Source of the DNA: a phage
Sequence record: PZ338877.1
Reading direction: 5' to 3' (one strand)
Length of the DNA: 64,000 nucleotides
The first letter of the stretch is position 1. The number at the start of each line of letters is the position of its first letter. The notes under the pieces are model-generated. The model searched no databases, was not told the origin of the DNA, and worked only from the letters and a program-made list of their open reading frames with translations. Below, piece by piece: positions 9,694 to 19,333 of the stretch. The translations under genes were made by a program, and so were the position numbers.

Positions 9694-10551
9694 TTAGTCT
9701 TCTGTATCGAAGTCTTCATCTTCTTCATCATCTGGGTCTGGCAAGTCTTCATCGTCACCATCATCAGAATCATTCGAAGGTTTGTGGTCTTTTGCGTCTT
9801 CTTCAGTGATTTCACCATTATCTTCAACACCATCAAGACCAAGCATAGCTAGTTCGTCTTCATCCAGTTCAGGTTCACCGTTAGCACCGTTACCACCAGT
9901 GTAAGGTACAAGAGTATCAATGATAAACTGTTCCTGAATAGGTTTTGTCAGAACATTGTTCTCAAAAGTGTAGAAGTGAGTAGAAAGAATCACACTACCA
10001 AAAGAACCGTTACCGACTGCAATATCTGGATGAATTACATCATAGTTCTTGTCATCTTCATGCTTATCAGATGCTTGAGCTTTGATTTTCTTCATCGGCT
10101 GTTTAACAGCTACACGCTTACCGTTTACTTCTTCAATCAGCATTACAGGGAATGACTGTTTAGCTGTCCACACAGCACCATCTTTATAAGCTGCTGCACG
10201 ACTTACTTTCAGGATGTAGTAAGTGTCTGCTTCAAATGGTGGTTTGCAACCAAACTTCTCTTCGAAGTCATCTGCATCAACTGCTTCAGTAGTAACTTTA
10301 TCCCAACCTTCTGGGTTTTTCTTAGACTTAGTGAACTCTTTAAACAGTTTGTTACCATCTTCTGCAAGAATTGAAACACTGTAGTTGCAGTCTTTGCCTG
10401 GGAATTTCTTATCAATGGATTTACCTTTTCCCGGACGTGGTGAAGTGTTCAGGTAATAAAACCAAACATCTTTCAGCAGGTAACGCAGAGTTTGACGTTC
10501 AGTACCGTTGTACTTCTCTACCGGAGCTTTCATTTTAACAACTTTAGACAT
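9694..10551 (-). CDS. single-stranded DNA-binding protein (putative)
   Basis: 285 aa with strongly acidic C-terminal tail (DEDLPDPDDEEDEDFDTED) like phage SSBs; sits in replication cluster. Confidence 0.4.
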   Translation of the reverse strand: MSKVVKMKAPVEKYNGTERQTLRYLLKDVWFYYLNTSPRPGKGKSIDKKFPGKDCNYSVSILAEDGNKLFKEFTKSKKNPEGWDKVTTEAVDADDFEEKFGCKPPFEADTYYILKVSRAAAYKDGAVWTAKQSFPVMLIEEVNGKRVAVKQPMKKIKAQASDKHEDDKNYDVIHPDIAVGNGSFGSVILSTHFYTFENNVLTKPIQEQFIIDTLVPYTGGNGANGEPELDEDELAMLGLDGVEDNGEITEEDAKDHKPSNDSDDGDDEDLPDPDDEEDEDFDTED

Positions 10552-10623
10552 TATTTAAACCTCTATCTCAATTTATGAAGAGTACCAATTCTAGTTTGTT
10601 GATACTCTATTGTCAAATATTAA

Positions 10624-10773
10624 TTACTGGAAGTTGTGCTTATCTTTAGAAGCTGCTTTACGTGCAGTTTTTCCAGTTCTTACACGTTTCTCTTCATAGT
10701 ATTTTGCTGGTTTACCAGCAGTGGCTTTTAAGGAATCCCCAAAAACTTTTTCAAATGCTTTAGAGTGTTTCAT
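10624..10773 (-). CDS. small basic protein (49 aa)
   Basis: ORF below track threshold: MKHSKAFEKVFGDSLKATAGKPAKYYEEKRVRTGKTARKAASKDKHNFQ with GGAG RBS 8 nt upstream. Confidence 0.3.
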   Translation of the reverse strand: MKHSKAFEKVFGDSLKATAGKPAKYYEEKRVRTGKTARKAASKDKHNFQ

Positions 10774-11025
10774 GATATTCTCCGATATACTTGATATTCA
10801 AACACATTTTCTTTAATTATAAACAGCCAACTAATATTATGCTGAGGTAGCGCAATGATGACCGTAATCATGCTCTGGTGGAAATCTTGTTTTATCTCAA
10901 CTCCCCCATTGCATTTCATGTGGAGCATTCTATAGAACCTATCAATCTTTGTCAAACACTCTTCCTGAAATTTATTTAAACTTTTTTCTTCAAAGAAGGG
11001 TGTGAACCCCTCTCTTTTATAACTA

Positions 11026-13011
11026 TCACTCAGTTTCGAATGGGTAGTCATCTGTATCCTCACTTAATACAGGTGGAATCGTTGAGCTTTGACGCTGTTC
11101 TTCAGTATAGACTTCACCAGTCTCATGGTCAAACACTTCATCCTCATAATGAGGTAAAGAGTCATCGTAATGGTCTTCAGCTTCACCAATACCAAACTGT
11201 TGGCGAATATTTTCTGCTGCACCATCAATGTCAACACCACATCCAGAAGCTTTGATAAGGCGTCCTGTATCTGGATTGTACCAAGTATGACCAGCAATAC
11301 CTGTTGACTTACCATGACGACGACACTTAGTTAACTTGATTTTTGTCAAGTTTTTCTTAACAGGGTCTGGGTCAACCTTGTTACGCATTAACAGAATGTT
11401 GTTCATAGAAATCTGGAAGTATGCACCAGAACCCTTGATATCCTCTTCAGAGATATCTCCACCTTCAGAGTTAGCTTTCTGACCACCTGCACTTTTACGA
11501 ACGTGACAGACGTTAACCTGTGCATACTGGTAGCGTTTGCAACGACGCAATAGCTCAGACAAAACTTCCTCTTCATCAGTATCTGAACGTGACAGAGCCA
11601 ACGTAATAGGGTCAAGAATAATAATCTTACAGTCTAAACTGTTAACAAGGTAGTCAACAAACTCTAGCAGGTTATCTTGGTCAATTGCCCCTTGATGGTC
11701 AACGATATGTATACGACGACCTTTAGACAGTTCTGCGTGTGCCCCTTTTAATTCATCCCAATCCCGTTCATCATAAGGAATCTCAGAAATCTGTTTGCTC
11801 AGGTGGATTGCACAGAGCATCTCCATCAACTCTTCATAGGTATCTTCTACAGGAATTACACCGATATTATAATCAGTTTCTTTCCAAGCGGAATAAATCA
11901 TCTCACGAGTGTAAGCTGACTTACCTACTGAAGATGGTGCTGCAATAGTTGTAATCTCACCTAAACCATAGCCACCATAAGTCAATCTGTTCAAATCACC
12001 GAAAGATTCTGGGAAAGGAATCAATGGAATCTGACCACGATTCTTCATTGCCTCAAAACCATCTGCAAAGTTCTTGATACCAGCAGGGCAGTAACGAGGA
12101 GCATTGTAGATACGCTGCTTAAATCCTTCCAGAACTGTATCTTTCTCTTTATAGAACTTTGTCCACCATTCGTTAAGGTCTTTTACACCTTCTGGATACT
12201 GGAATAAACGAACCTTCTCAATAGGGAGGATACCAGCAGCCTCTTTTGTAGCTTTAGCACCTGCTTCATCGTTATCAAAGCACAAGTAAATCTCATCAAA
12301 TGATGTGATGTACTGATAGTTGTCTTTGATAGACTTAATGTTTGCACCTGATGGAACAGATACGTGACAGTAATTCTTACGACGAGACTTATCTTTAATT
12401 GCCAGAGAAGTCATGTAGATTGCCGTGGCACACTCCATCTCACCTTCCCAGATGAATAGACGGTTACCACCTTCTGGAGCAATCCATGAACCGAACATTG
12501 CCAGTTCACCTTTAATGTCTCCAACACCACCTGAAAAGTCTTTTAACTTTCCACGTAGATGTTCTTTTGGGTGGTCTTCTGGGTAGCGGTGACGAACACG
12601 GTAACCAACATGCTCTAGCTTGCCATCTTCATTGCGTTTGTAAGTTGGGTAGAAATGTGCGTCAATTTCACCGTCACTGTCAATGTCAACCTTGATGCCT
12701 AAACGCTCAAGGACTTTTGCAGGAATCTTCCTGTCTTTCAAGTCCATTGCTTCTAGGTTTTCTTTTACATCATCTAAATCCATTCCACGGAAAGTACGGT
12801 TTTTATTATCTGAACCAGTAGAATAAGTACTCACGATTTGTCCTTTATCAAAATCCCACTCTGGGAAACCTTTGTTACAGCTAAAGCAAGTCATTGAATA
12901 AGAATCATCGTCATGATGGTAGATTGAACCAGCATCTGATGAACCACAACGTGGACATGCACAATGACCAATAAACTGACCAGCCTCTTTTAATTTACGA
13001 CCTTTAGACAT
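11026..13011 (-). CDS. DNA primase-helicase (T7 gp4-like)
   Basis: N-terminal Zn-ribbon CxxC...CxxC, central primase region, C-terminal helicase with Walker A APSSVGKS; start set at ATG (MSKGRK) with GAAGAGG RBS. Confidence 0.85.
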   Translation of the reverse strand: MSKGRKLKEAGQFIGHCACPRCGSSDAGSIYHHDDDSYSMTCFSCNKGFPEWDFDKGQIVSTYSTGSDNKNRTFRGMDLDDVKENLEAMDLKDRKIPAKVLERLGIKVDIDSDGEIDAHFYPTYKRNEDGKLEHVGYRVRHRYPEDHPKEHLRGKLKDFSGGVGDIKGELAMFGSWIAPEGGNRLFIWEGEMECATAIYMTSLAIKDKSRRKNYCHVSVPSGANIKSIKDNYQYITSFDEIYLCFDNDEAGAKATKEAAGILPIEKVRLFQYPEGVKDLNEWWTKFYKEKDTVLEGFKQRIYNAPRYCPAGIKNFADGFEAMKNRGQIPLIPFPESFGDLNRLTYGGYGLGEITTIAAPSSVGKSAYTREMIYSAWKETDYNIGVIPVEDTYEELMEMLCAIHLSKQISEIPYDERDWDELKGAHAELSKGRRIHIVDHQGAIDQDNLLEFVDYLVNSLDCKIIILDPITLALSRSDTDEEEVLSELLRRCKRYQYAQVNVCHVRKSAGGQKANSEGGDISEEDIKGSGAYFQISMNNILLMRNKVDPDPVKKNLTKIKLTKCRRHGKSTGIAGHTWYNPDTGRLIKASGCGVDIDGAAENIRQQFGIGEAEDHYDDSLPHYEDEVFDHETGEVYTEEQRQSSTIPPVLSEDTDDYPFETE

Positions 13012-13204
13012 TAGCACCTCTTCGTTGTAGTTCTGCCTTCAATCCATTTTCAATCTTGTCCAGTTCATGAATTTCATCTGCAATCTCTTTCCTTCGTGAT
13101 TCAACTCTCTTAAGACGTTCAATCATTACCTCATTGGAAAGAGATGAGAGTTCCACTAAACGATGGTCAATAACTTTGAAATTATCTTTTACTCTCATCT
13201 TCAT
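13004..13204 (-). CDS. hypothetical coiled-coil protein
   Basis: 66 aa ORF overlapping primase start by 8 nt. Confidence 0.4.
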   Translation of the reverse strand: MKMRVKDNFKVIDHRLVELSSLSNEVMIERLKRVESRRKEIADEIHELDKIENGLKAELQRRGANV

Positions 13205-13212
13205 TCTCTCTT

Positions 13213-13956
13213 TTAAATTTTCAGGATAGCTCTTAGCTTACTTTCAAGGTCTTCAAGAGTACCATTATTATGGATAATGTCACGTGCATATTTGGTAGAA
13301 ATTCCATTTTCTGAAACATGTGATGAAACTTTATCCACATTGTCTCTTTTTACTTCAATAGTTTGGTGTGCAAATCTGCTCAACCACTCAGCTTCAGAGT
13401 CAAACCTTAAGTCACTGATTAAAACAACACCCTCTTGATTCCTAAGTGAACAAGATTCAAAGAAGCGAACCATCCGTTTTTCGAGGTCTTTAGCCCAGAA
13501 TTTGTCACCCATAACTTTACGGATAACTTCAGTGCCCCAAATCTGTTGAATTTGTCTTGATGAGAATTTATACTTCTTGCTAAATCCAAGACGTGTCAAT
13601 AGAGTCGGTTTAGCAACTTTCTTAAGCTCCATGATTAATCGTCCGGTTAACTCTGACATAAGCTTAAAGTCCATATGGTAACGCTCATCTCTGAAGGTGA
13701 ACTCAATAGCTTCCGTAACTTTAGGCATAAGTTCAGGGTATGATAAATCAAAAACCTGTGGAGTCTCTTTAGTTTCGCCGTAAAGGTCATTCCATGTTAA
13801 GTCAAATATCTTTGATGCAGATAGTTTAAGATTGTCTGCATAGGCCATTACTGCAACATTGTAACCATACTCATCTTCTAAGATATTCTTGACAATAGAA
13901 CATGATGTGTCTTTTCCAGAACGTGCCTTTCCAGTAAATGCAATAATACTACTCAT
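13213..13956 (-). CDS. deoxynucleoside monophosphate kinase
   Basis: P-loop FTGKARSGKDT near N-terminus as in phage dNMP kinases; start set at MSSIIAF with AAGGGA RBS. Confidence 0.65.
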   Translation of the reverse strand: MSSIIAFTGKARSGKDTSCSIVKNILEDEYGYNVAVMAYADNLKLSASKIFDLTWNDLYGETKETPQVFDLSYPELMPKVTEAIEFTFRDERYHMDFKLMSELTGRLIMELKKVAKPTLLTRLGFSKKYKFSSRQIQQIWGTEVIRKVMGDKFWAKDLEKRMVRFFESCSLRNQEGVVLISDLRFDSEAEWLSRFAHQTIEVKRDNVDKVSSHVSENGISTKYARDIIHNNGTLEDLESKLRAILKI

Positions 13957-14017
13957 TCTATTTCCCTTCATTACTAAAAAGCCCCCAACTAAGGAGGCTT
14001 GTAAGGTTTATAAAGAC

Positions 14018-14830
14018 TTAGTGCAGTTGGTCGGTATTAATCTGTGAATACTCTTTTTCAGCCATAGCTGATACTTGCTTCACAAAATCATCACCGAAGT
14101 TAATACGCAGTTTCTCTTCAATGATTGAAGCACCAATATTTACCAAAACGTCATTGATTGCTTGCATACTGACACCACCAGTCATCTCCTCAACGAACTC
14201 AATGGTTACACCCAACATCTGAGAAAGTTGGATTAGTGCAACGATATTCATCATTGTAGAAATAGCTGGAATCATCAGAGCGACCTTCACCTGTAGTGGT
14301 TCTACATCAGCTACAGAATCATCTTTCACAGCTTCTTCTAAAGAATCTTTAGTTTGCTGGATAATCTCTTTGATTCGTGGGGTTAACTCTTCTACACCCC
14401 AATCAAGTTTTTCATATCGTGAAAGCTTCTCTTCCATGCGCTTCTCAAGAGCAGCCATAACAGCACTTGTTGATGTAATGATTGTATCAATAAGGGAATC
14501 ATTATCCTGAGTCAGCAACAGTTCTTTATTTTCGTCTGACATCCTGATATAGTCATTCTTTTGCATTTCATAAAAAATGAACTCAGCAAGTGCGTCAACA
14601 CCAACAGCGATAGATGCCAGAGCTAGTGAAGTGTCTGTCAACATCATGTTAACCTGTTCTGCAAAAGCACCGTTATCAGACTTGTCTTTAGGCAAGTTAT
14701 AGCTTGCAGGCATAAACCGTTCTGTGTAGTTGTTTCCACGAAGAATCATAGCCATGCTTTCTACGGCATTGATTAAGAATGCTTCGTCAACACCTTTTTC
14801 TTTAAGCATCTGGTCTACAGTAGTGTTCAT
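14018..14830 (-). CDS. hypothetical protein
   Basis: 270 aa ORF. Confidence 0.5.
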   Translation of the reverse strand: MNTTVDQMLKEKGVDEAFLINAVESMAMILRGNNYTERFMPASYNLPKDKSDNGAFAEQVNMMLTDTSLALASIAVGVDALAEFIFYEMQKNDYIRMSDENKELLLTQDNDSLIDTIITSTSAVMAALEKRMEEKLSRYEKLDWGVEELTPRIKEIIQQTKDSLEEAVKDDSVADVEPLQVKVALMIPAISTMMNIVALIQLSQMLGVTIEFVEEMTGGVSMQAINDVLVNIGASIIEEKLRINFGDDFVKQVSAMAEKEYSQINTDQLH

Positions 14831-14831
14831 A

Positions 14832-15254
14832 TTATTTCTCTCTCAGTTGGTTAAGTTTCTTTCTAGAACATTTTAAGTTTTCTGATGAAGAAAAGTCAAG
14901 TGTCTTTTCAGAACGTGGATAGTAATGTCTATCCCAAGAAGTTTCAACATCGTTAATCAGTGACGCTAGATTACACAGGTCTGTACCACTTTGCAACTTC
15001 TTTTTAAGAGAATCAAGTAAAGCAACTGTGTCTTTAGCTTTACGCCTCGCTGTAGCAACATCTTTCATATGCTCAAATACAGAGCATTTTAAGTCATCTT
15101 CATAGTTTTCAGACAACTCTATTTCATGTTGTATATCAACCATTCTCCTGTGATGGTGAGCATATTCCCGTTGAGCAGCAATGTCAAGTTCTTCCAACTT
15201 CTGCAAAGCTCTAACAAAGTCAGCTATGTCTGGGTGAACAAACATTTTCTGCAT
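14832..15254 (-). CDS. hypothetical protein
   Basis: 140 aa ORF, last gene of minus-strand block before divergent intergenic region. Confidence 0.5.
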   Translation of the reverse strand: MQKMFVHPDIADFVRALQKLEELDIAAQREYAHHHRRMVDIQHEIELSENYEDDLKCSVFEHMKDVATARRKAKDTVALLDSLKKKLQSGTDLCNLASLINDVETSWDRHYYPRSEKTLDFSSSENLKCSRKKLNQLREK

Positions 15255-15428
15255 GTAAGCCTCTTTTAAGTAACTATTAAGTTTTAATCTTTTATCTTAA
15301 CGTATTCTATACGTTATACTTTAAAGCTTTTTAAAAGCTATTAAATAATCTTTTAAGAGTTTTAAAGTATCTGTATAGTTAAACTGTTAAGTAACCTTTT
15401 AAGTAAAAACCCACTTCGCAAAGATTAA

Positions 15429-15466
15429 CACCTTGTCAAGTACATTGTCAACTTGCTTTTTATAAT
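15429..15466 (+). promoter_or_regulatory. conserved motif CACCTTGTCAAGTACATTGTCAAC plus TATAAT, upstream of DNA polymerase
   Basis: 24-nt motif repeated almost identically at 57419-57442; TATAAT at 15461-15466; spacing not canonical sigma70. Confidence 0.4.
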
Positions 15467-15511
15467 TTTTTGCAGTAATGTATGTGGTTAATGATTTTAG
15501 AGGGAGTAAAA

Positions 15512-18211
15512 ATGGAAAACGTAGATTTTAAAAACTTACATTTAGTTGGTGATACAGAAACTGATGGTTTACTCCTTGAGTTCACTAAAGTGCACGTAAT
15601 GGCTTTCGCAGACTATAAATCTGACGATGAAGAGCCACCTGTATGGGTCTTTACAGATGAGCCTATCCTCGGTCACAAGTATACCAAGTACATTAAGGGT
15701 GGTTTGCGTGAAGGTGTTGAGTTTGCGTTAAAGGCAAAACGACTTTGCATCCATAATGGTCTGGGGTATGACTGGTGGGTTTTCAATCACATTGCACCTG
15801 ATTTGTGGAACTTTGATAATCCAAAGTGTAAGCCGTGGAGTAATTTCTTTCAGGATTCTCTTATCCAGTCTCGTGTTCAGTGGATGGATAGACCAACTCC
15901 AAAGGGCTATAAAGGTGCTCATGGTTTGGCTGCATGGGGTGCTCGTGTTGGTGTCCGTAAACCAGAGATTGAACATTGGGGTGTGTGGAATGCAGAAATC
16001 TTCACTCGTGTTGTAGAAGATATCCGTATCAACGCCAAAACTAAACGTGCATTGGATAATGAATATCTGAAGCTAAAGAAGTGTGGCGTAGACACCTATG
16101 AAACCTATATGCGAGCTAAAGAGACATCTTTCTGGATGAGTCAACAGGCTATCAATGGTTGGAAAGCTGATAAAGAGCTTATGGAGTTCCATGTAAAGGA
16201 ACTTGACAAGTTGACTAATGAGCTTGCTTCAGAAGTTGAACCACACCTTCCACCAACTATTAAGACCAAAGGTAAAGTCACTGGAGAAGAGTTTGCAAAA
16301 GCTTGGAATGAGTATGTTGAAACATTCGGTCATGCAGATGGACTGAAGAGAATTACCAAGTACCCTAAGACAAAGTATCGTCAACAGGTACGTAACGGTG
16401 AGATGCAGACATATGAAATCAAGCCATTTGGTAAACCAACTACAAAGATTTTTAACATTGAAAAGAGAAATTGCTATACACCAACCAACTCTGTAACTGG
16501 TGAAGAGTACAAGGAAGGTTTTGTAGCAATGAAGGATGCTCGTGCAATTTGCAATGAGTTGAACGCAAAGATTGGTAAGAAATGCAAAGACTGGAAGCCA
16601 GTAAAAACAGTTAAAACTGTGAAGTACTATAACAGTCATGTTGTTAACCACTTTGAGCTTGAGTCAAGTCGCTACACAGGTTTGATTGATGCACCATATA
16701 CACCAATTGAGTTCGAAGTTTCTCGTATGACTCAGGTAGCAGTTGTTAAAGACTACTTGAAATCAGTTGGTTGGATTCCAGATGACTGGAACTACAAGAA
16801 AGACTCAGATGGTCGTCCTGTTAAGGTTTGTCGTTTTAAAGACAACAAAAAGATGATTACAAAACATCCTAAGTGGCAGGAGATGGTTGAACGGTGTGGT
16901 TTGAGTTATGTTGAACATGAAGGTGTCCAGTACATTGAGCATAACTGGTCTGTGAAGAAGTACACAGATTTGCTTGAACCTTGCTTAATCCGTACTTCAC
17001 CAAAACTTACTGAATCATCTTATGATACGATTGAAGGTGAGCTTGGACAGAAGATTGCTAAGTACTATACTTTGATGCACAGACGCAGAACTATTGAGAA
17101 CTCAAAGGATGATGAAAAAGGTTGGTTGAACCAGATTCGTCCTGATGGTCGCCTTAGTGCTGGTGCAATGGTGTTTGGTACTTCAACTGGACGTATGACA
17201 CAATATGGTATTGTAAACGTACCGTCTGGTGCTGCTGTCTATGGGGAACCAATGAGGGCAGTGTGGATTTGTGAAGAAGGCACTAATGTTGTCTCTGTAG
17301 ATATGAACTCAGCCCAGCTAGTTCTTCTTTGTAACTTTATGGGTGACAAAGACTTCACCAAAGCGGTAACGCAAGGTAAAGAAGAGATTGAGTTTATTCG
17401 TCAAGAAGATGGACGCTATTACTGCAAACACTTTGATGAGTACCTCAACCCAGAGATTGATAAGTACCTTCGCTATGACTCTGAGAATGACCTTTACGTT
17501 GTCTATTCAGGGACTGATGCACACACACTGAACAGTATTTACTTTAGCTTGAATGATGAGCAGGATATCTTGACTTGCCGAGCTACTCAGGATGAGAACC
17601 TTCTCCATGAGATTAGCAAGGGTCGTAAGAAAGCTAAGAATGGTATCTATGCACTGCTGTTCGGTGCAGGCGATGAGAAGTTTGCTAAGACGATTAAAGC
17701 TGCAACTACTCAGGAAGGCGCACTGACTAAACAGACTTACTTTATTCGTTTGCCTAAAATTAAGAAACTGCTAGATGACTTGGAAGCTGACTACAAAGCG
17801 ACTAAAAAGGCACTTGAAGAGGTGTTTGGTAAGACTGCTGCAATCTCTAAAGGGGGTTTTGTAAAGGTTGCTGGAGCTTGGTTGTGGTGTAAATCTCCAC
17901 ACAAACTGTTGAACTATCTTTTGATGGGTTCAGAGGCGCAGATTCAAAATGAGGCAATTAACCTTGCTTGTCGTCGTATGATTGACGAAGGTTTGATGAA
18001 GTTGAATGGTCGTCAACCAGCTATTGGTGCTCGTTTGCTCTGCGCATATCACGATGAGACGAGTTGGGAATGTCCAGAAAGTATGACGGCAGATGTGAAA
18101 GCAGTTACTGACTGGTATTATGGACAAGCTTCTAAAAACTTAGGTCTTAAGAAAGAAACACTTGTTACAGGTACTGGTAAGGTTGGTAAAAGCTGGCTTG
18201 AGGTGCACTAA
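15512..18211 (+). CDS. DNA polymerase, family A (Pol I-like) with 3'-5' exonuclease domain
   Basis: Exo I motif GDTETDG; motif B KKAKNGIYALLFG; motif C YHDE; AGGGAG RBS before ATG at 15512. Confidence 0.88.
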   Translation: MENVDFKNLHLVGDTETDGLLLEFTKVHVMAFADYKSDDEEPPVWVFTDEPILGHKYTKYIKGGLREGVEFALKAKRLCIHNGLGYDWWVFNHIAPDLWNFDNPKCKPWSNFFQDSLIQSRVQWMDRPTPKGYKGAHGLAAWGARVGVRKPEIEHWGVWNAEIFTRVVEDIRINAKTKRALDNEYLKLKKCGVDTYETYMRAKETSFWMSQQAINGWKADKELMEFHVKELDKLTNELASEVEPHLPPTIKTKGKVTGEEFAKAWNEYVETFGHADGLKRITKYPKTKYRQQVRNGEMQTYEIKPFGKPTTKIFNIEKRNCYTPTNSVTGEEYKEGFVAMKDARAICNELNAKIGKKCKDWKPVKTVKTVKYYNSHVVNHFELESSRYTGLIDAPYTPIEFEVSRMTQVAVVKDYLKSVGWIPDDWNYKKDSDGRPVKVCRFKDNKKMITKHPKWQEMVERCGLSYVEHEGVQYIEHNWSVKKYTDLLEPCLIRTSPKLTESSYDTIEGELGQKIAKYYTLMHRRRTIENSKDDEKGWLNQIRPDGRLSAGAMVFGTSTGRMTQYGIVNVPSGAAVYGEPMRAVWICEEGTNVVSVDMNSAQLVLLCNFMGDKDFTKAVTQGKEEIEFIRQEDGRYYCKHFDEYLNPEIDKYLRYDSENDLYVVYSGTDAHTLNSIYFSLNDEQDILTCRATQDENLLHEISKGRKKAKNGIYALLFGAGDEKFAKTIKAATTQEGALTKQTYFIRLPKIKKLLDDLEADYKATKKALEEVFGKTAAISKGGFVKVAGAWLWCKSPHKLLNYLLMGSEAQIQNEAINLACRRMIDEGLMKLNGRQPAIGARLLCAYHDETSWECPESMTADVKAVTDWYYGQASKNLGLKKETLVTGTGKVGKSWLEVH

Positions 18212-18272
18212 TTAGTATTGACAAGGTGCTCATGGAAGAGTACCTTATACAATATCTTATATAGGAGGGCTT

Positions 18273-18482
18273 ATGAGCCACCGTGGAAGAACCCATGCAG
18301 CGATGATGAAAGGTGCTTCAAAGGAAACTATCAAGAACCGTAAGCAGAAGTTGTTTGAGAGGATGAACAGACTAATTGACAATTCATCTCTTTCAGGTTC
18401 TGAGAAGGTTTTCTTGAAAGGTAACCTGAAAAGCATTGCACAAGAGCTTATTGATATTGAATATTGGAGACACCAAAAATGA
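18273..18482 (+). CDS. hypothetical protein
   Basis: 69 aa, AGGAGG RBS; preferred over antisense ORF 18257-18511. Confidence 0.5.
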   Translation: MSHRGRTHAAMMKGASKETIKNRKQKLFERMNRLIDNSSLSGSEKVFLKGNLKSIAQELIDIEYWRHQK

Positions 18483-18691
18483 CACTTGCAGACGTTATCC
18501 AGCAACTTCACGACAATTGCTATACTCCAGAGTTGATTCAGGAGATGCTTATTGTAGTGATGCCTAGCAAGTTCGTAAAAGGTTTTAATCGTGATTATTT
18601 AATGTCTGCGCATATCATTATCGTTGACGGTAAGATTGCAAGAGACCGCACAGGAGTCCTTAAGGGTGAACGTATTAGTATTGACCTCTGA
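18479..18691 (+). CDS. hypothetical protein
   Basis: start at ATG overlapping previous stop (ATGA), GGAG RBS. Confidence 0.45.
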   Translation: MTLADVIQQLHDNCYTPELIQEMLIVVMPSKFVKGFNRDYLMSAHIIIVDGKIARDRTGVLKGERISIDL

Positions 18692-18708
18692 GTATTGGGA
18701 ACACCAAA

Positions 18709-18864
18709 ATGAAACGCAAAGTAAAATTCTTTAGTTTATATGGAAGGGTCGGTAAAGGTTTTGATTGGCAACTGTTACGCTCAGATGTTAAAAGCAACGA
18801 ATTAGCACAACTCATCATAAACTACCGGCGTACATACAGAGAAGTAGAACATCGTGAACAATAA
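18709..18864 (+). CDS. small protein (51 aa)
   Basis: below track threshold; MKRKVKFFSLYGRVGKGFDWQLL...; preceded by same TATTGG(R)(R)ACACCAAAAATG context as previous gene. Confidence 0.3.
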   Translation: MKRKVKFFSLYGRVGKGFDWQLLRSDVKSNELAQLIINYRRTYREVEHREQ

Positions 18865-18879
18865 AACAGGAGATGTGTT

Positions 18880-19116
18880 ATGTGGAAAGCAGTAATTGCA
18901 CTTGGTGTTATTTTTCTAGCTGGCTGCAACCCTTCTTATGAGGATAAAAATGCTTCTTATAGCCTCCCACCAGAGATGCAAGATTGCAAAGTCTATAAGT
19001 TACATGGTGATGCCATAAGCAGAGATATTGTTGTTGTCAGATGTCCAAACTCTCAAACAACAACATCTTATAGCTATGGCAAAAATGGTCAATCACACAC
19101 TACTGTTATTGAGTGA
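18880..19116 (+). CDS. small lipoprotein (candidate superinfection-exclusion or receptor-masking protein)
   Basis: 78 aa; signal peptide with lipobox LAGC (MWKAVIALGVIFLAGC); CAGGAG RBS. Confidence 0.55.
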   Translation: MWKAVIALGVIFLAGCNPSYEDKNASYSLPPEMQDCKVYKLHGDAISRDIVVVRCPNSQTTTSYSYGKNGQSHTTVIE

Positions 19117-19126
19117 GGTTTTCAAG

Positions 19127-19333
19127 ATGGAAGTCCTAGTAAACTATATCTACTGTTATGATGTTGTTCACTCCACTACAACCGTAGCTCAACGTAACCC
19201 AATCGTCCCACGAGAAGGTGAGTTGGTTCGAATCGAGGGTTGGACTTACACTGTGGAAAGCATCATTCATAAGTTTGATGTTGCTGGTGATGTTCAAGTT
19301 ATTGACGTAGAGATTGGTGGTAAGAGAAAATGA
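19127..19333 (+). CDS. hypothetical protein
   Basis: start at MEVLVNY with GAGTGAGG RBS. Confidence 0.4.
   Translation: MEVLVNYIYCYDVVHSTTTVAQRNPIVPREGELVRIEGWTYTVESIIHKFDVAGDVQVIDVEIGGKRK

Noticed and set aside
10770-11063. 97-aa minus-strand ORF downstream of primase-helicase
   Set aside because: Start overlaps the primase-helicase 3' end, no convincing RBS, internal ATGs lack context; region more likely non-coding or regulatory. Kept only as a low-probability alternative.
15429-15466. Simple sigma70 promoter reading of the conserved motif (TTGTCA ... TATAAT)
   Set aside because: Spacing between the TTGTCA boxes and TATAAT is 10 or 22 nt, not 16-18; more likely a phage-specific element, with the host-type promoter (where present) lying downstream as at 57467-57495.
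15728-16651. ORFs 15728-15976 (-), 15756-16016 (+), 16229-16651 (-)
   Set aside because: Nested within or antisense to the DNA polymerase gene, which has clear catalytic motifs in its own frame.
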